Positions 14,881 through 26,834 of a stretch of 64,000 nucleotides of DNA are shown in pieces (positions within the stretch are counted from its first letter, which is position 1; every line of letters starts with the position of its first letter). The position numbers and the translations under genes are program-made. A model generated the notes under the pieces. The model had not been told where the DNA came from and ran no database searches. It worked only from the letters and a program-made list of their open reading frames with translations. Origin of the DNA: Ylistrum balloti (Eukaryota); assembly GCF_031769215.1 (NCBI RefSeq), contig NW_026781894.1, positions 1,612,001-1,676,000 of the forward strand, in the 5' to 3' direction.

Positions 14881-15091
14881 CCCTGGTGTGTTTGCTTCTG
14901 ATAAACTTTGTAGTCTTATTGAACACTGCATAGATCCAAGCTGCTGTATGTTCTTTGAGCCCATGCTAACTTCCCCTTTACACAGGAACTTCACATTCTC
15001 ACTCCAGCACATGTTGGTCTAGCATCTGTGACAATACCACATATGATGGAGTACATGCCCTGCCCCTTCCCAGATCTCTCAAAGAATATCT
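14881..15091 (+). pseudogene. Non-coding duplicate of SOCS CDS 12915-13127 (SH2 C-terminus and SOCS box)
   Basis: Manual alignment: 211 nt versus 213 nt of source, 6 substitutions and one 2-nt deletion, same orientation, no start codon or usable frame. Confidence 0.93.
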
Positions 15092-17410
15092 TGCGTATCG
15101 TTCACTGAATTAATGTCTTAAAATGTGCTTGACATTTGCATGGTTTATGCTGAAATTAACTGGTGTGTGTAAACATTATATTTGATGTAATCAGTTTAGC
15201 CGACAGTAATTTCTGATTCACTGGCAACACATCACTTTTTGTGTAAATTCTGGAAACCATGTAAGGAAAATGTCCTGAAATAAGTTGGCCATATCAGGCT
15301 TAGCAGCTTTGATATCTGATTTTATGATTTATTTCAATGCTGATGTGACTGTTACAGGGTATGTGCACATATATATTACTGTTGACTATAAATCACTTTT
15401 ATTGTAATACTTAACACTGGGTTGTTCATTAGTTTTTGTCTGGTGCTGTCTCTGTCTCTGTCTTTTTATCCTCTGCATTTAAGAAACGTCTGCTTGGCTA
15501 TTTTCACAAAGAATTGGTTTGCAATCTCAGATTTGAAGATACATTGTTACACATGTATTCATTGTTACACTTCATACATTGGTGTACATTTGTGATCTGA
15601 TCAATCTGAAAAAAACTCTTACCTATGGTTTGATTACTGATTTGTATTTGCTTAATAAATTGATCTTCAGTGATATTTTAAAATGATGATAAAAATTGTC
15701 AACACAGTTACTTGTAAGTTATATAGGTTAGTAAATGTATGTATCTAAAATGCATGAAAAAATTGGCTATGATTTTACATGTATATAGAAATGGCCTGAG
15801 GAATAAGCCAGTTAAGACAAAGTGCATGATTTACAACATTTGGCTCTCATGTTGATTGTTATAATGTAGATATATTATTTATTACCATACAGCAAACTTA
15901 ATTATTGATAGACACTTACAATTTTGTTGGTGGTGCAATACATTGGTGCTTTTGAATATGGTCTGATCAAGGTTCTTTATTTGTGCAATATCATGTGAAA
16001 TGTATGTGGTGAGCTGCCATATTTGTTGAAAATATGATAAATATATATATATATATGTTATATCAGCTGATGTCACCATAGTTCAAGCACTACATTGTAT
16101 GGTTGTACCTTGTTCACAAAACTGTTACTGTAGCTGTCTGCAGGTAGCTATTTTCTCTTTATGTTAAAAAATAAATATTTCATTTGAAAGAAAAAAATAA
16201 TCTATGTTACTCCTCTCAAAAATGCCATCTACAGGATCATGACACTCATTTAACTTATTTGACTAAAAATATTTAAAATTCGATATTGATATTGAGCTAT
16301 TCAGATCCAAAAACAAATGACAAAAATGTACATTTTGACAAAACAAGTACTTAGAAGGCTTATTCAGAAATCCACTTGCCATACTAGCCATACCTATACA
16401 TGCTGTCCATGTATATGTATGACAAGGTTGCAATGCTGAAATTTTCCAAATTGTGATAAAACAATGAAATAATCAAAAGAAATTATGGGTGCAACTGATG
16501 AATTTTTGTTACGCTTAACAACAAACATTGAAATATTGTTTCAAGTTCAACTAGGATTCCTATGATTTAAGTTAGGAAGTCAGTGTGATGAAATTGCATG
16601 AATATAGATTATTGAACACTATTTATTTCAAAATGGATACCCTTTGAGTGAATCATAGCAATACTGTTCTCGAAGAGGAACATCATGTTTAAGCTGGTTG
16701 TTTAATGATTCAAATGCCAAGCATTTGTGCATGTTGATCCTTTTTAATCCATTTGTTATTTATGTCTTAAATGTGTATTTATCTCTAAGAACAAATTGTT
16801 GTACATGTTGATGAAAATATTAAATATCAGCAATGACAAAAATATACAAGCTGTTGTCGTCTTTGTTTTACTTGTTATTAGAAAAGAATTATTTTTGATA
16901 ATTTTTGACTCTTCATATATGTTTATATGGATGTTAAATGTTTCTTGCCCAGTTGTAACAGAATTTTCTTCAGAGAAAAGAATTACATTGGTATGATATC
17001 ATGAGTGGGTGGCGAGTTAAACCTTAAATTCAAATAAATAACAAAGTTTACTTTTTGTGTAGGTAAAGTAACCTTATTCCAAGAACTGGCATCATGTAAG
17101 CTAGATAAAGGGAAATAACTCTTAAATTCAAAGCAAAACTTTGTCTTAGCTTGAAAGAAGACCCTTTATCCAGGAGATATGTGTACACACAGAAATGCTT
17201 TAGTCTTTGATCAACAGAAAGCTAAATGAAGGAGATTTTTCATTCAAATCAGAGACTGATTAACAAGTGTACCTACAAAATTTATGATGAAAATTTCATG
17301 CTTGAAAGTTGCAACACTTTAAAACTCTGCATCTTAAAATTATAATCTGACCTTATACAATTGGATCCAAATGACGCACTTGTTTCGGTATTTCTATAGT
17401 GAATTCAATG

Positions 17411-18260
17411 CAAGAGGCCCATAGGGTCTATATTGCTCATCTGCCTTTGTTTGATTGAAATTGCATTACTCAAATGAAAGAAAATTTCAAGCCTTTATAT
17501 CTATTTCTCCATTTGGCCCCACCCCTCTGCTCACAAAGGTCAGCCAAATCATTGATGCTTGTTGCGATTGCCTCTTGTCCCTTAGCGTATTTACATGAAA
17601 TACCAGACGGACCTTGGCACCAACAATCATTTTATCTTTATTTTTTCTTAAAAAGTTATACCTTTTCCCTTCCTTTCTCCACTTTTCTGTGTTGCTCTTA
17701 ATCAAATATGAAATTTGAAAATTCTTCAAAACCAGCAATAGTAATTTTTTACTGCTTCATCCAAGATAGTCACATGTCAACCATTTTATTTTTTTGATTA
17801 GTACCAAATTCAAAATGGCACAACTAGAGTCCAAGGGGAGCCTACATATGAATTTTAAGAATCTCTATCCATTTCTCAAGAATTAGTAATAACAAACTTT
17901 AATCATCAAATTTCAGACAGGCCTCCTTATCAAACTTCAGAAAGGCCTCGGCTCAGCCATTATATATTTCTGGTCAGTCCAATAATTTAATGGGCACAAC
18001 TAGGGACCACCCGCAAGCCATGTTTGAAATTTGAGAACGATCCACCATGTACTTCTCAAGAAAAAGTGTTAAACTCCCTTGGTCAAAATCAAAGATGGAC
18101 ATCTGTCAGCCATTTTGTTTTTCTGATCAGTCCAAAACTCAAAAAAACACAACTCAAGATCAAGGGGAACCTACATATGAAATCTGAGAAATATACAAAT
18201 GATAAATCAAATTCAATACTTCAAGATTTTAATATACAACACATCACATGTTATTGAAAA
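17411..18260 (-). mobile_element. Non-autonomous Helentron/HINE-like repeat(s) immediately downstream of the TSNAX stop codon
   Basis: Left end caagaggcccatagggtctatattgctcatctg (short hairpin plus subterminal motif) is shared with the elements at 18952 and, reverse-complemented, at 47632-47666 and ~50040-50070. Internal repeated block caaggggagcctacatatgaa at ~17830 and ~18160. Right boundary uncertain. Confidence 0.5.
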
Positions 18261-18273
18261 ATCTTCACCAAGG

Positions 18274-19274
18274 CTATTCATCCATGGCCTGATCGTCAGT
18301 GTACATGTGTATATCACTCATGGGGGAACTGAGAACATCCACTAACATATGTTTTGGGATCTCCGACCCGCGCACCTGTAGGGTGTAACATGCCGTCTCT
18401 ACCTTCTGCAGACTTTGATTCAGAGTGTGAAGTTTCTTTTTCACTTCCCTAGATACATAGCTGAATGACTGAAATCCTGACTGCATTTTTCTCAAGAATT
18501 CACAAACCTCAAATGGGATGTCAAGGTTCCCAGCCCCAACACTGTTGATAGCCAATCGCATTAGTTCTCCGGTAAGGTCTGCCACCCCAAGCATGTATTC
18601 AATAGGTGGAACATGGACTTCAATTGTGCCCTTTTGCTCTGACTGGGTAGGGGAAATGTTACATTCCTGTGAATCGACCATTTCTGGTTGCATTTGGCTC
18701 TCTTGGTCACATGTTTGTCCACTGTCATTATGCTTGGGAAAGATCAGATCCTGCTGGATTTCTTGTAGTGTTACTAATTCCTTGCACTTGATGTATTTAA
18801 AGAATGAGACTGCTTCAATATATTCCTGTAGACCTGTCAAACATATAAATATTGCATTAAATTTTGTCATGCAAATGAAAAAAACAGGTTTTAGCTACCA
18901 GCTAGCAGTGATCAGTTGAGATGGGTCAAGGTTAAAAGCACACTTTAAATAAACAAGAGGCTCATGGGCTTTAATAGTCATCTGACCAAAAAAGCATATG
19001 TGCTCTACACAGGTTACATAAAGGAAAACCAATGTAAACAATTCAACCCAGCAGAAATGATTATTCTCCACTAGGGTGTAACCGACAATTTGTGTCAGAG
19101 AGCCTAAAAATTATGTACATGTAAAATGTTACACACAATGAATAGCAGACTTTTTTTTAGATTAATAAACTGAGGGAGGTACATGTGCATGTGACAGGAG
19201 TGGATATTTAACACTAAGATTACTTCAATATTACAAGTCTTGTGAAGAAGACTGTGGGTTTGTTTGTTTTTTGT

Positions 19275-19306
<32 letters not shown>

Positions 19307-21969
19307 AGCTGATGAGGGGGTGGGGGGTTACAGATGTATGGAAGGAAGAGAATCTTAAAGCCTAATCTCCTACATTTTCGTAATGGGCCCCTCACCTTCC
19401 AGCCCCCAAAGATGTTTCAGGCCAAATTTGGTTGAAACCTGCCTTGGCATATGAAAGATGAATTTCCAAGTCTAATGTCCTCATGGGCTTCACTCCCTGG
19501 GCCCTAGGGACCACAATACCTTACCTTATATCAATTTTGATTGCTCTCCCCAATGATGTTTAAAGCCAATTTGGTTGAAAACTGTAAAGTCATCTCAGAT
19601 GAGAAGAATTTTAAATCCTCATTCCAAAAAGGCATCCTAGAGGTTGCATTACCTTCACTTATACAAATTGACTTTGTCCTCCCCTATTGTTGTTTAAAGC
19701 CAAATTTGGTGGAAATTTTTTTGGGCATATAGGAGAAGATATATTTTAATGTAAAAATGTATGCATTGTGGATGATGACGGGCAAAGCATGATGACAGTA
19801 AGTCATCTTGAACCTACAGATAAGATGACCTGAAATTAGCAAACATCAGTGATATGTAAACAGCATTTGGATGTTTCTCACAAAATTTTCATCCCCCAAC
19901 CTTTTCTGCAAACAATAAGAACAAAGTAAGCTGATTTTTCTTCTTGTGATCTAAATCTATGGAAGAGTTATTCTGTTATAGGGTTCATGAGATATCTCGT
20001 ACAGTTCTGGTGTGAAAATGAAGTAAAAATGTCAAGAGATTCATGCGATATATTGGTCTTTATCAAAGAAATAGTCAGGAATGGATGACCTTTGACCTTT
20101 AATCTTGACTAATGACTGCCAAAATTCAGTCAGATGTGGAACTTAGTGGCCATAATTGGAAACCTTCCTTGGAATACTTATCAACTCTGAACTCCCATTT
20201 ACATACCAGGTAGAAGTATCATGAATACTTTAAAGACCACAAATAGTCCTTTATCATACCTGGTGAGTATGCCCTAATGAATCTGTATGGGTCTTCATCT
20301 TGTAATTCTTCTGCTATCAAGACAAACTTGGCTTTCTGGATCTGTTTTATTTTATCTGAAGCCTCCTCTAACAATGCAGATTCAGAATCTGACCTGTGAG
20401 ATAAAATAAATAATAAACAAACATGTTTTTGCACAAACTGCCAATCATTATTCATACATGACTTTGTTTACAAGATCAATGGGCTGGTACAAAGATATAT
20501 CGGAATTTTGAAATCATGTCGTTAGTTATGAAAGAAATCATTTTTAACTACATTTGTATTTCAAATACAAATTAAAAATTGTGGAATTTCTGGAAAAGTG
20601 AGTTGATTTATTGCTACTTGTATCTGCTTTGGATTTATTATTTGTACTGATGTTTATAAAAGAAGTAAGCTAACAGAGCTTCATAGCAGGGAAATAGTCA
20701 TGATCACTATAAAGTATAGATATACATCTATAGAATGTATGGTGAGGAAGGTGAGCACTGGGAAATAGAGAGAACACAGGTTCGAGATATGTGTATAAGA
20801 TTTGCAGTAAAGAAAAAAACTATATTTGTTACAACATTCACAGAGAGTAAGTAACAAAGGAATTATAGACATTCTGCAGATTTTTTTTTTTATATCAATA
20901 CATTCATATACAAACACACTCCTAATGCCTGCTGCATTCTGTTGTTATCAACTTTATTCACATATTTCAAGCTACTTTTTAAAACATTCTCATCTTAGGA
21001 AACCTAACTGTGACAAGCTACAACTATTCTAAATTTATCTCGGATGTAAATAAAGAGATTACCCTGCCACCCTCTGAAGTAAGAAAATCGTTCTCTTGCT
21101 GTCAATGGTTATGTCCCTGCTCACTTTGACTAGGCGCTCATGTTTGTCATGCCTTGTGTCCAATTCTGATTGGTACACTCTAAATGCCTGGATGACAGGG
21201 GAATTCTCATTTACTGGCACCTTTGGCTCTCCCTTCCTCGAACGCTTCACTGGAAACAACATAAAATTCAAGAACATAATATTATACTAGTGCCATCTTT
21301 AACTTAAATTCAAATCTAAAAAAAAAGCATGCAACAAAAAGAATAACCTTAATCTTCAGTGATTGCCTAGAGAGATCATATAGAAAGAGTTTATGTTGTG
21401 CAGGTATTTCCATATGACATTCCCTAGTCACATTGTCCTAAGATTTGGGTATTAAAGGACTTTCTGTAAGTATTGTTAGTTGTTAATCAATATTGACAAA
21501 GTCCGATTCTTAACATGAACATGTTTTAATTGTGACAATATTCAGACTGATTCATTTTATTTTCATGAATTATAGCAATAATGGGGCATAGGGTGCCCTA
21601 TGATAACAACATTCTGAATGAATTTTTTCAAGTGTTTATTTTTGTGCTAGGGGGATATGCTGATCAGTCCGATCGTTTGAAACGAAATCAGTTGACAATT
21701 TGCAAGTCATTTTCACTGAGGAGTTACTTTCTCTACAATCATATATTAAGCTTGCACTATGAGATTCCACGAGTTGGATTCCACTATCTTCGACAATTTT
21801 CAGCAAGAATGGTGGAACGTCAGCAGATTTACTACAACATGGCGATTTTCATTCGAATTCCTGAGTGAAATGTCTAAAAGTTAAGACTCAAAACATATCA
21901 ATAGTGGTAACAGAGATGCTTTAGTTTAACAAAAATACAATCACCGCCTTGTTTTCCTTGGTCAGCCAT
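18274..21969 (-). CDS. TSNAX: Translin-associated factor X (TRAX, C3PO subunit), 301 aa
   Basis: Exons (minus strand) 21969-21945, 21249-21063, 20393-20260, 18833-18274; all GT-AG, phases 1/2/1, total 906 nt. Motifs [45 protein letters not shown] and [15 protein letters not shown]; the acidic residues that are catalytic in TRAX are present. An alternative in-frame ATG lies at 21978. Confidence 0.95.
18952..19835 (-). mobile_element. Non-autonomous Helentron/HINE-like element in TSNAX intron 3
   Basis: Begins aacaagaggctcatgggctttaatagtcatctg (same terminal family as 17411). Contains repeated ccaaatttggttgaaa blocks and a poly-T/poly-G run (G16 at 19291-19306). Ends with gatgacgggc...agtcatcttg...aagatgacctgaaa. 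Confidence 0.5.
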
Positions 21970-22802
21970 TGCAAGCATGTCCGGCTCATTTGGGTGTTTG
22001 GATAACAGGCAAGTACCAATTGAAGCGTCGAAATAAGTAAGACTAAGTAGTAATAAAAAGGAAACGAAATTTATTTGAAATCCGTCTTTTTCAGCGAGGC
22101 CACATACGAGATAAAGGGGAAAAGTTGCTATCAGCGCTCTTGAAATATTGAAAAGAACATTTCACGTAATAACAGATTCGTACATTTATTCAAGATAAGT
22201 TATTAAAGAAGTTAACAATTGTTGAATTTTCATTCTAAACAATCGCAAAACGGAAAAAAATTCTTCCATCGTAATATAAAATACAAATTTTGTTCGAATA
22301 CCAGTATACGTCCCTGGAATACACATATACAAATGCGAATCAGTACCACAACATAAAGTATTAAACAGTAAATTTCAATACAAACAGTATAAACATGTAG
22401 TTTATACACTGTGTTATTTGAAACACTATCGATGTTAGGAATCAATTGGTAATGTGCCAAACTCGGTCACCAACGGCTGAAAAATGCATCAAGATACTAT
22501 ATTATTATCCTTATTATTTATTTAACTGTAATATATCCATTTCAACGGAATACGATATCTCCGATATCGTATATCAACGTGACATACGCAATCCCTCAAA
22601 TTACAGATATATGAGCTAGCCTTTTATTAATATGACTGTGATGCTGATATAATTATGTTCGACAAATGGGAAAAAGATTAATTTCGGCAGTTTTGTATAT
22701 CTTGGTGAACAAAGATAAAAGATTCCAAATGACTTTCATAAAATGTTATATAAGCTGAAAACAAAACCATATTTTTATCATTTAACTCACCCTCCCCTTC
22801 CT

Positions 22803-22806
<4 letters not shown>

Positions 22807-22843
<37 letters not shown>
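22807..22843. repeat. (CT)n microsatellite, ~18 units
   Basis: Directly visible dinucleotide run. Confidence 0.95.
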
Positions 22844-22847
<4 letters not shown>

Positions 22848-25800
22848 ACGGTATATTACAATAGTGTCATATGCTAAATTAAGTTACATTAGCAAATTCA
22901 CCACTGGACAAAAGGCGGATTTTTCTGTTTTCCTTTTTAGGCCTCTCTTTAGATTTTACTCTTGAATAATACAGGTAGGATGTTGTTTTAACAAGAGCCC
23001 AGTCTTGCTGCTGGAATGAGCAGATTTATAGTCGTGCATGATTCGCAGGGTAACCTGACTCGAGAGCAGTTAATCCCTTGGCATATGAAACAGTTTTTTC
23101 GAGGATGTTTCAATAAACCATTTGAGATGAAGAAATACAAAATATAAAATTGCAATCTCCATATTACCATAAAACCGTATGAGGTTTGTCTCAATCGCCG
23201 GTGCACGATTGGTAATTTCATCAGCATCATGACCGGTCTGAATTTTGAATTGTTGAGCCTCATCATGTATGGAATGAACATTAAGCAAAGTATTGATGTA
23301 TATCATACAATCCACTTGGATAACATAAACTACACACATTTAAAAAAGATTTCAGCGACTCTGTTTTGAATTACTAGATGGAAGTAATTGGATACTTACA
23401 CTGGATCGCATTTTATCTTACATATACCAAATATTGTAACTGTGAAAAATCTTGAATTTCACTTATTAAAATGAAGTTTTAGAAAGGAGATTTCATTAAC
23501 ATTAAAATCTGCATTATGTCACGATATACATAGAAAATAGATATTGAAACGGTTTCCTATGTCCTGCAATTTATAGTTCTATAAAAAGACCACCTGTCTA
23601 TACAGACCGCTTGTTTGGTTCCCTATGTCATGCAGTTCATAGTGATTGGCCACGTTTCTCCGCTCCATTAAGTGGCCTTTATAGGTAGGTTTGACAGTAT
23701 AAAAATAGGAGTGACTGTAAGATCTGTATCACTTCTTTCTTCTTCTTTAGAAACTTGTAAGATTTGGTTCTTTTGTTATGCATACACCCTATTCCACATA
23801 TAAATCTCTTAAGCCCTGGGCATTTCGTTTCTTTTGTAATTCTGTCATAGTCTAGCTTTGAACGGTGCGTTATATACAGTATATACGATTGAGCTATCGA
23901 TCAACCAGGACATCGCCCCTTTGAAGCATAGCTATGAAGACGTAATGGCCGTTTTTAAATGCGTGAAGCCAAGACTGAGCAATTGATATTAACTCTTTAG
24001 ATTAGCATTGACATACAACAATCATTTCTTCCGGGGAATTTCTGGTAAGTTCAACGATGTTACATTCAATTCGTTTGACAACAATATATTTGTATGTTAC
24101 ATCAATCTACAGGTGTAGTACCTGGTAAACGAAGTATATGAACAGGCTATTTTTATCTGATGGATATCACAAACCAATGTTCTTTTTAGAAGAACCATTG
24201 GTGATTATTGAACGTTCATTAACTTGTCGGCGTCAATGAAAAGTTGGATTTTTTCGGTACCCCTTGAAACATAAGAAAGGAAACATAATCTCATCGAAAC
24301 GCCAAAGTACCAATGACTTAATATTTTCTTCAGATTACACATTGAAGTTGTAACAACTCCCGATTCGTATATAAAAAAAGGGTTTGTCATGAACGAAATC
24401 CCGATCTGGGAAAATTGTAATGTAATAAAAGTACATACATGTCCAGTAAAACTGCCCTCTATTTTACATAAACAAACAAATTCCGTGTTGCTTGTTGGAG
24501 CCTTGTTTATTTATGCATATTAGTACATGTATGTGAATACACAGAGTTTTGAGTACAAACATTTATCAGTAAGTTGGACGGGCCAGTCCGAATAGAGGTC
24601 ATTTTACGGTCAGTATATACATGAGCCATTTAAGGAGACTTGACGATGATGCCTCTTGCTATTTGTCTCTTAGTCATTAAACGTTAAGCAAATATTTTCT
24701 TCTAACCTAGATTTAACAAAATATTCTAAGGTGCGCGGAGAAACCGAAACACATCATCATTGGGTAATACCGAAACATCAGGCAGTTGTGAGTAACTTTT
24801 CTTATCTTGTTAATATCATGATGTGGTGTGAAAGAACAGACCATCCTTAAACTAAACATTTGTAATTATAAACAATGAAAGTGCCGTATGTTCATTATCT
24901 AAAGACCCTGTTACACCATGTCGGGCAGGCTACACGGTGATCATGTATGAATGGATTTACAGAATGTATAGGATAATTTTTGCCAGTGGGCCGAAATTTG
25001 TATGTGAATTGTTTGCTTTCCGTGCATTCTGTTCGCAAGCAGGAAGGCAATAACTGGCCCTTTATACGACTTACTACATGTCCACAGAACAGAGATACTG
25101 TCATGTCTGGGCCTTTTGCGGGGAGCTCCGGGGAGCAAAATTCGCAAACCTCTTAAATCTGCCTGGAACGGTGTGAATGAACCTTAAGAATAACCAGCTG
25201 TTGATCATTCTAACATCAAAACGACATCTTTCTTATTATCATTAGAGGCATTGTGTAATACACAATACAATTGATGCCGTGAATACTTCGTTTGCAATTC
25301 TAAAATGGTTCATATATGCTTTATACTTATACACGCAACTGTACTTCTGGTTGTAATCACAGGCACACACATTTCTTCGTCTTTTTGGTTATTCAGAATT
25401 TTTTACTGTTACTTTCGTTACCCTTTGTCGTTGTTGACACGCTTCCTGGTTGGCAAACATATTTAACAATGGTAAAATGTGCTCAATGACTAGGGCATTT
25501 AGTTGGCTTTGTAATGAAGCAATTTTGGTCTTATTCTAGGTAAAGTTGTTGTCACTGGGATGTTAAGATGTTCTGTCTTAGTTTTACTGTATAGTGATAC
25601 TCTACATGTGATAATACTTCACATGTCATTAAACAGTAAGACGTTATCAACGAACGTTCTCAGTGTGACATGTGTTTGAATGACAAGGCAAGTAAACTTA
25701 TTGACCAGGTAGCTAGATTTCACACTTTCGTTTATCATAAGTATTGATTTTACTATTACTAGTATATTCAAATACATGTTTTCACCTAATTAATGAAAAT

Positions 25801-26172
25801 GTTATATGCTAGTATCTAGCGCCAACTAAAACTGCATTGTCTATTACATATAAAGCTAGTTTAAGTACCTAGCTAACGACTTATTATAATTACAACTTCC
25901 GGTATATCATCTTTGTATTTATCAATTATGTTCATACTGGATTTTTTCACAAACTCGTTATGTTTATTTGATTTATATATTACAAATCCAAAATATATCA
26001 AAATGTCTAATTGGAATATTTTGAAAGAAAGCAAGAATTTTATTAAAACTCACCAATACCTTACTGGACAATTCAGTATGCAAATAAGGCACACAGAGGG
26101 ATGTCACTATTATACTGAGTAATATAATCTTATGAAATCAAGATTTGACTGATCTGAGTATAAGTAACATGA

Positions 26173-26338
26173 AAAGGTAAGGGGTCACCTGCCTGACCAC
26201 GTGGGTTTTCCCCGGGTACTCCGGTTTCCTCCCACAATAAGACCCCTTGCGCGCTTACATCCGGGCCAACAAGAGTGATTAGTATAAGTTGACATAACTT
26301 GTTTCGCAATTGTTGTAAAATAAATAAGTTTATATATA
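26173..26338 (+). mobile_element. 5'-truncated SINE carrying the V-type conserved domain, with (TA)n tail and 14-bp target-site duplication
   Basis: Core gtgggttttccccgggtactccggtttcctcccaca matches the V-SINE domain. Ends in aaataaataag(ta)n. Flanked by the direct repeat TATAAGTAACATGA at 26159-26172 and 26339-26352. Confidence 0.85.
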
Positions 26339-26834
26339 TATAAGTAACATGATAATATTGTATGTGCGTGTGCTTTAACTTTCGCTAATAAAAATGCGTA
26401 CTTACAAAGTATTATGCTTCATTCATATCCCATTCTTATCTATTTTATGGTTATTTCAAACCAGATTCAATTCAGCATGATGTAATATTCCTTTTCTTGA
26501 TAAATGTATTTTTTTTCTAATACTTATTTTGATTTGTTAATGTCCTGATTTGACGCTTCCTAATTGTTTATTACCCATATCTGTTTGGTGTTTATTTTCG
26601 TAATATTTCAGCTTTCATGCTGACGTTCTTTATTAAGTAGATGGACATGTAAGACAAGATAAGATTGCGATTATTTTATCTTATCTGACCCCGCCACTTA
26701 ATGCTAACACATTTCACATAGAACGATAACATTAGCATAGCCGACGTAGTAAAACAGTCAGTTACCATTGTAACTCTGAAAGTGTTGAACAAAATAAGGG
26801 ACAGGTCTACAAACCCAAAGAACTTCAATATAGC

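Noticed and set aside
14707-15012. Minus-strand 101-aa ORF, and similar antisense ORFs over SOCS, TSNAX and ATG14 exons
   Set aside because: They overlap real coding sequence or its duplicate on the opposite strand or in another frame, with no recognisable domain.
22988-25200. Protein-like fragments between TSNAX and SLCO (minus ORFs near 23000-23340, stop-riddled plus-strand exon-like blocks at 23900-24420, EGF-like PCRAGYT at ~24915)
   Set aside because: Frequent stops and frameshifts and no family I can recognise; a decayed gene is possible but cannot be supported without a database search.
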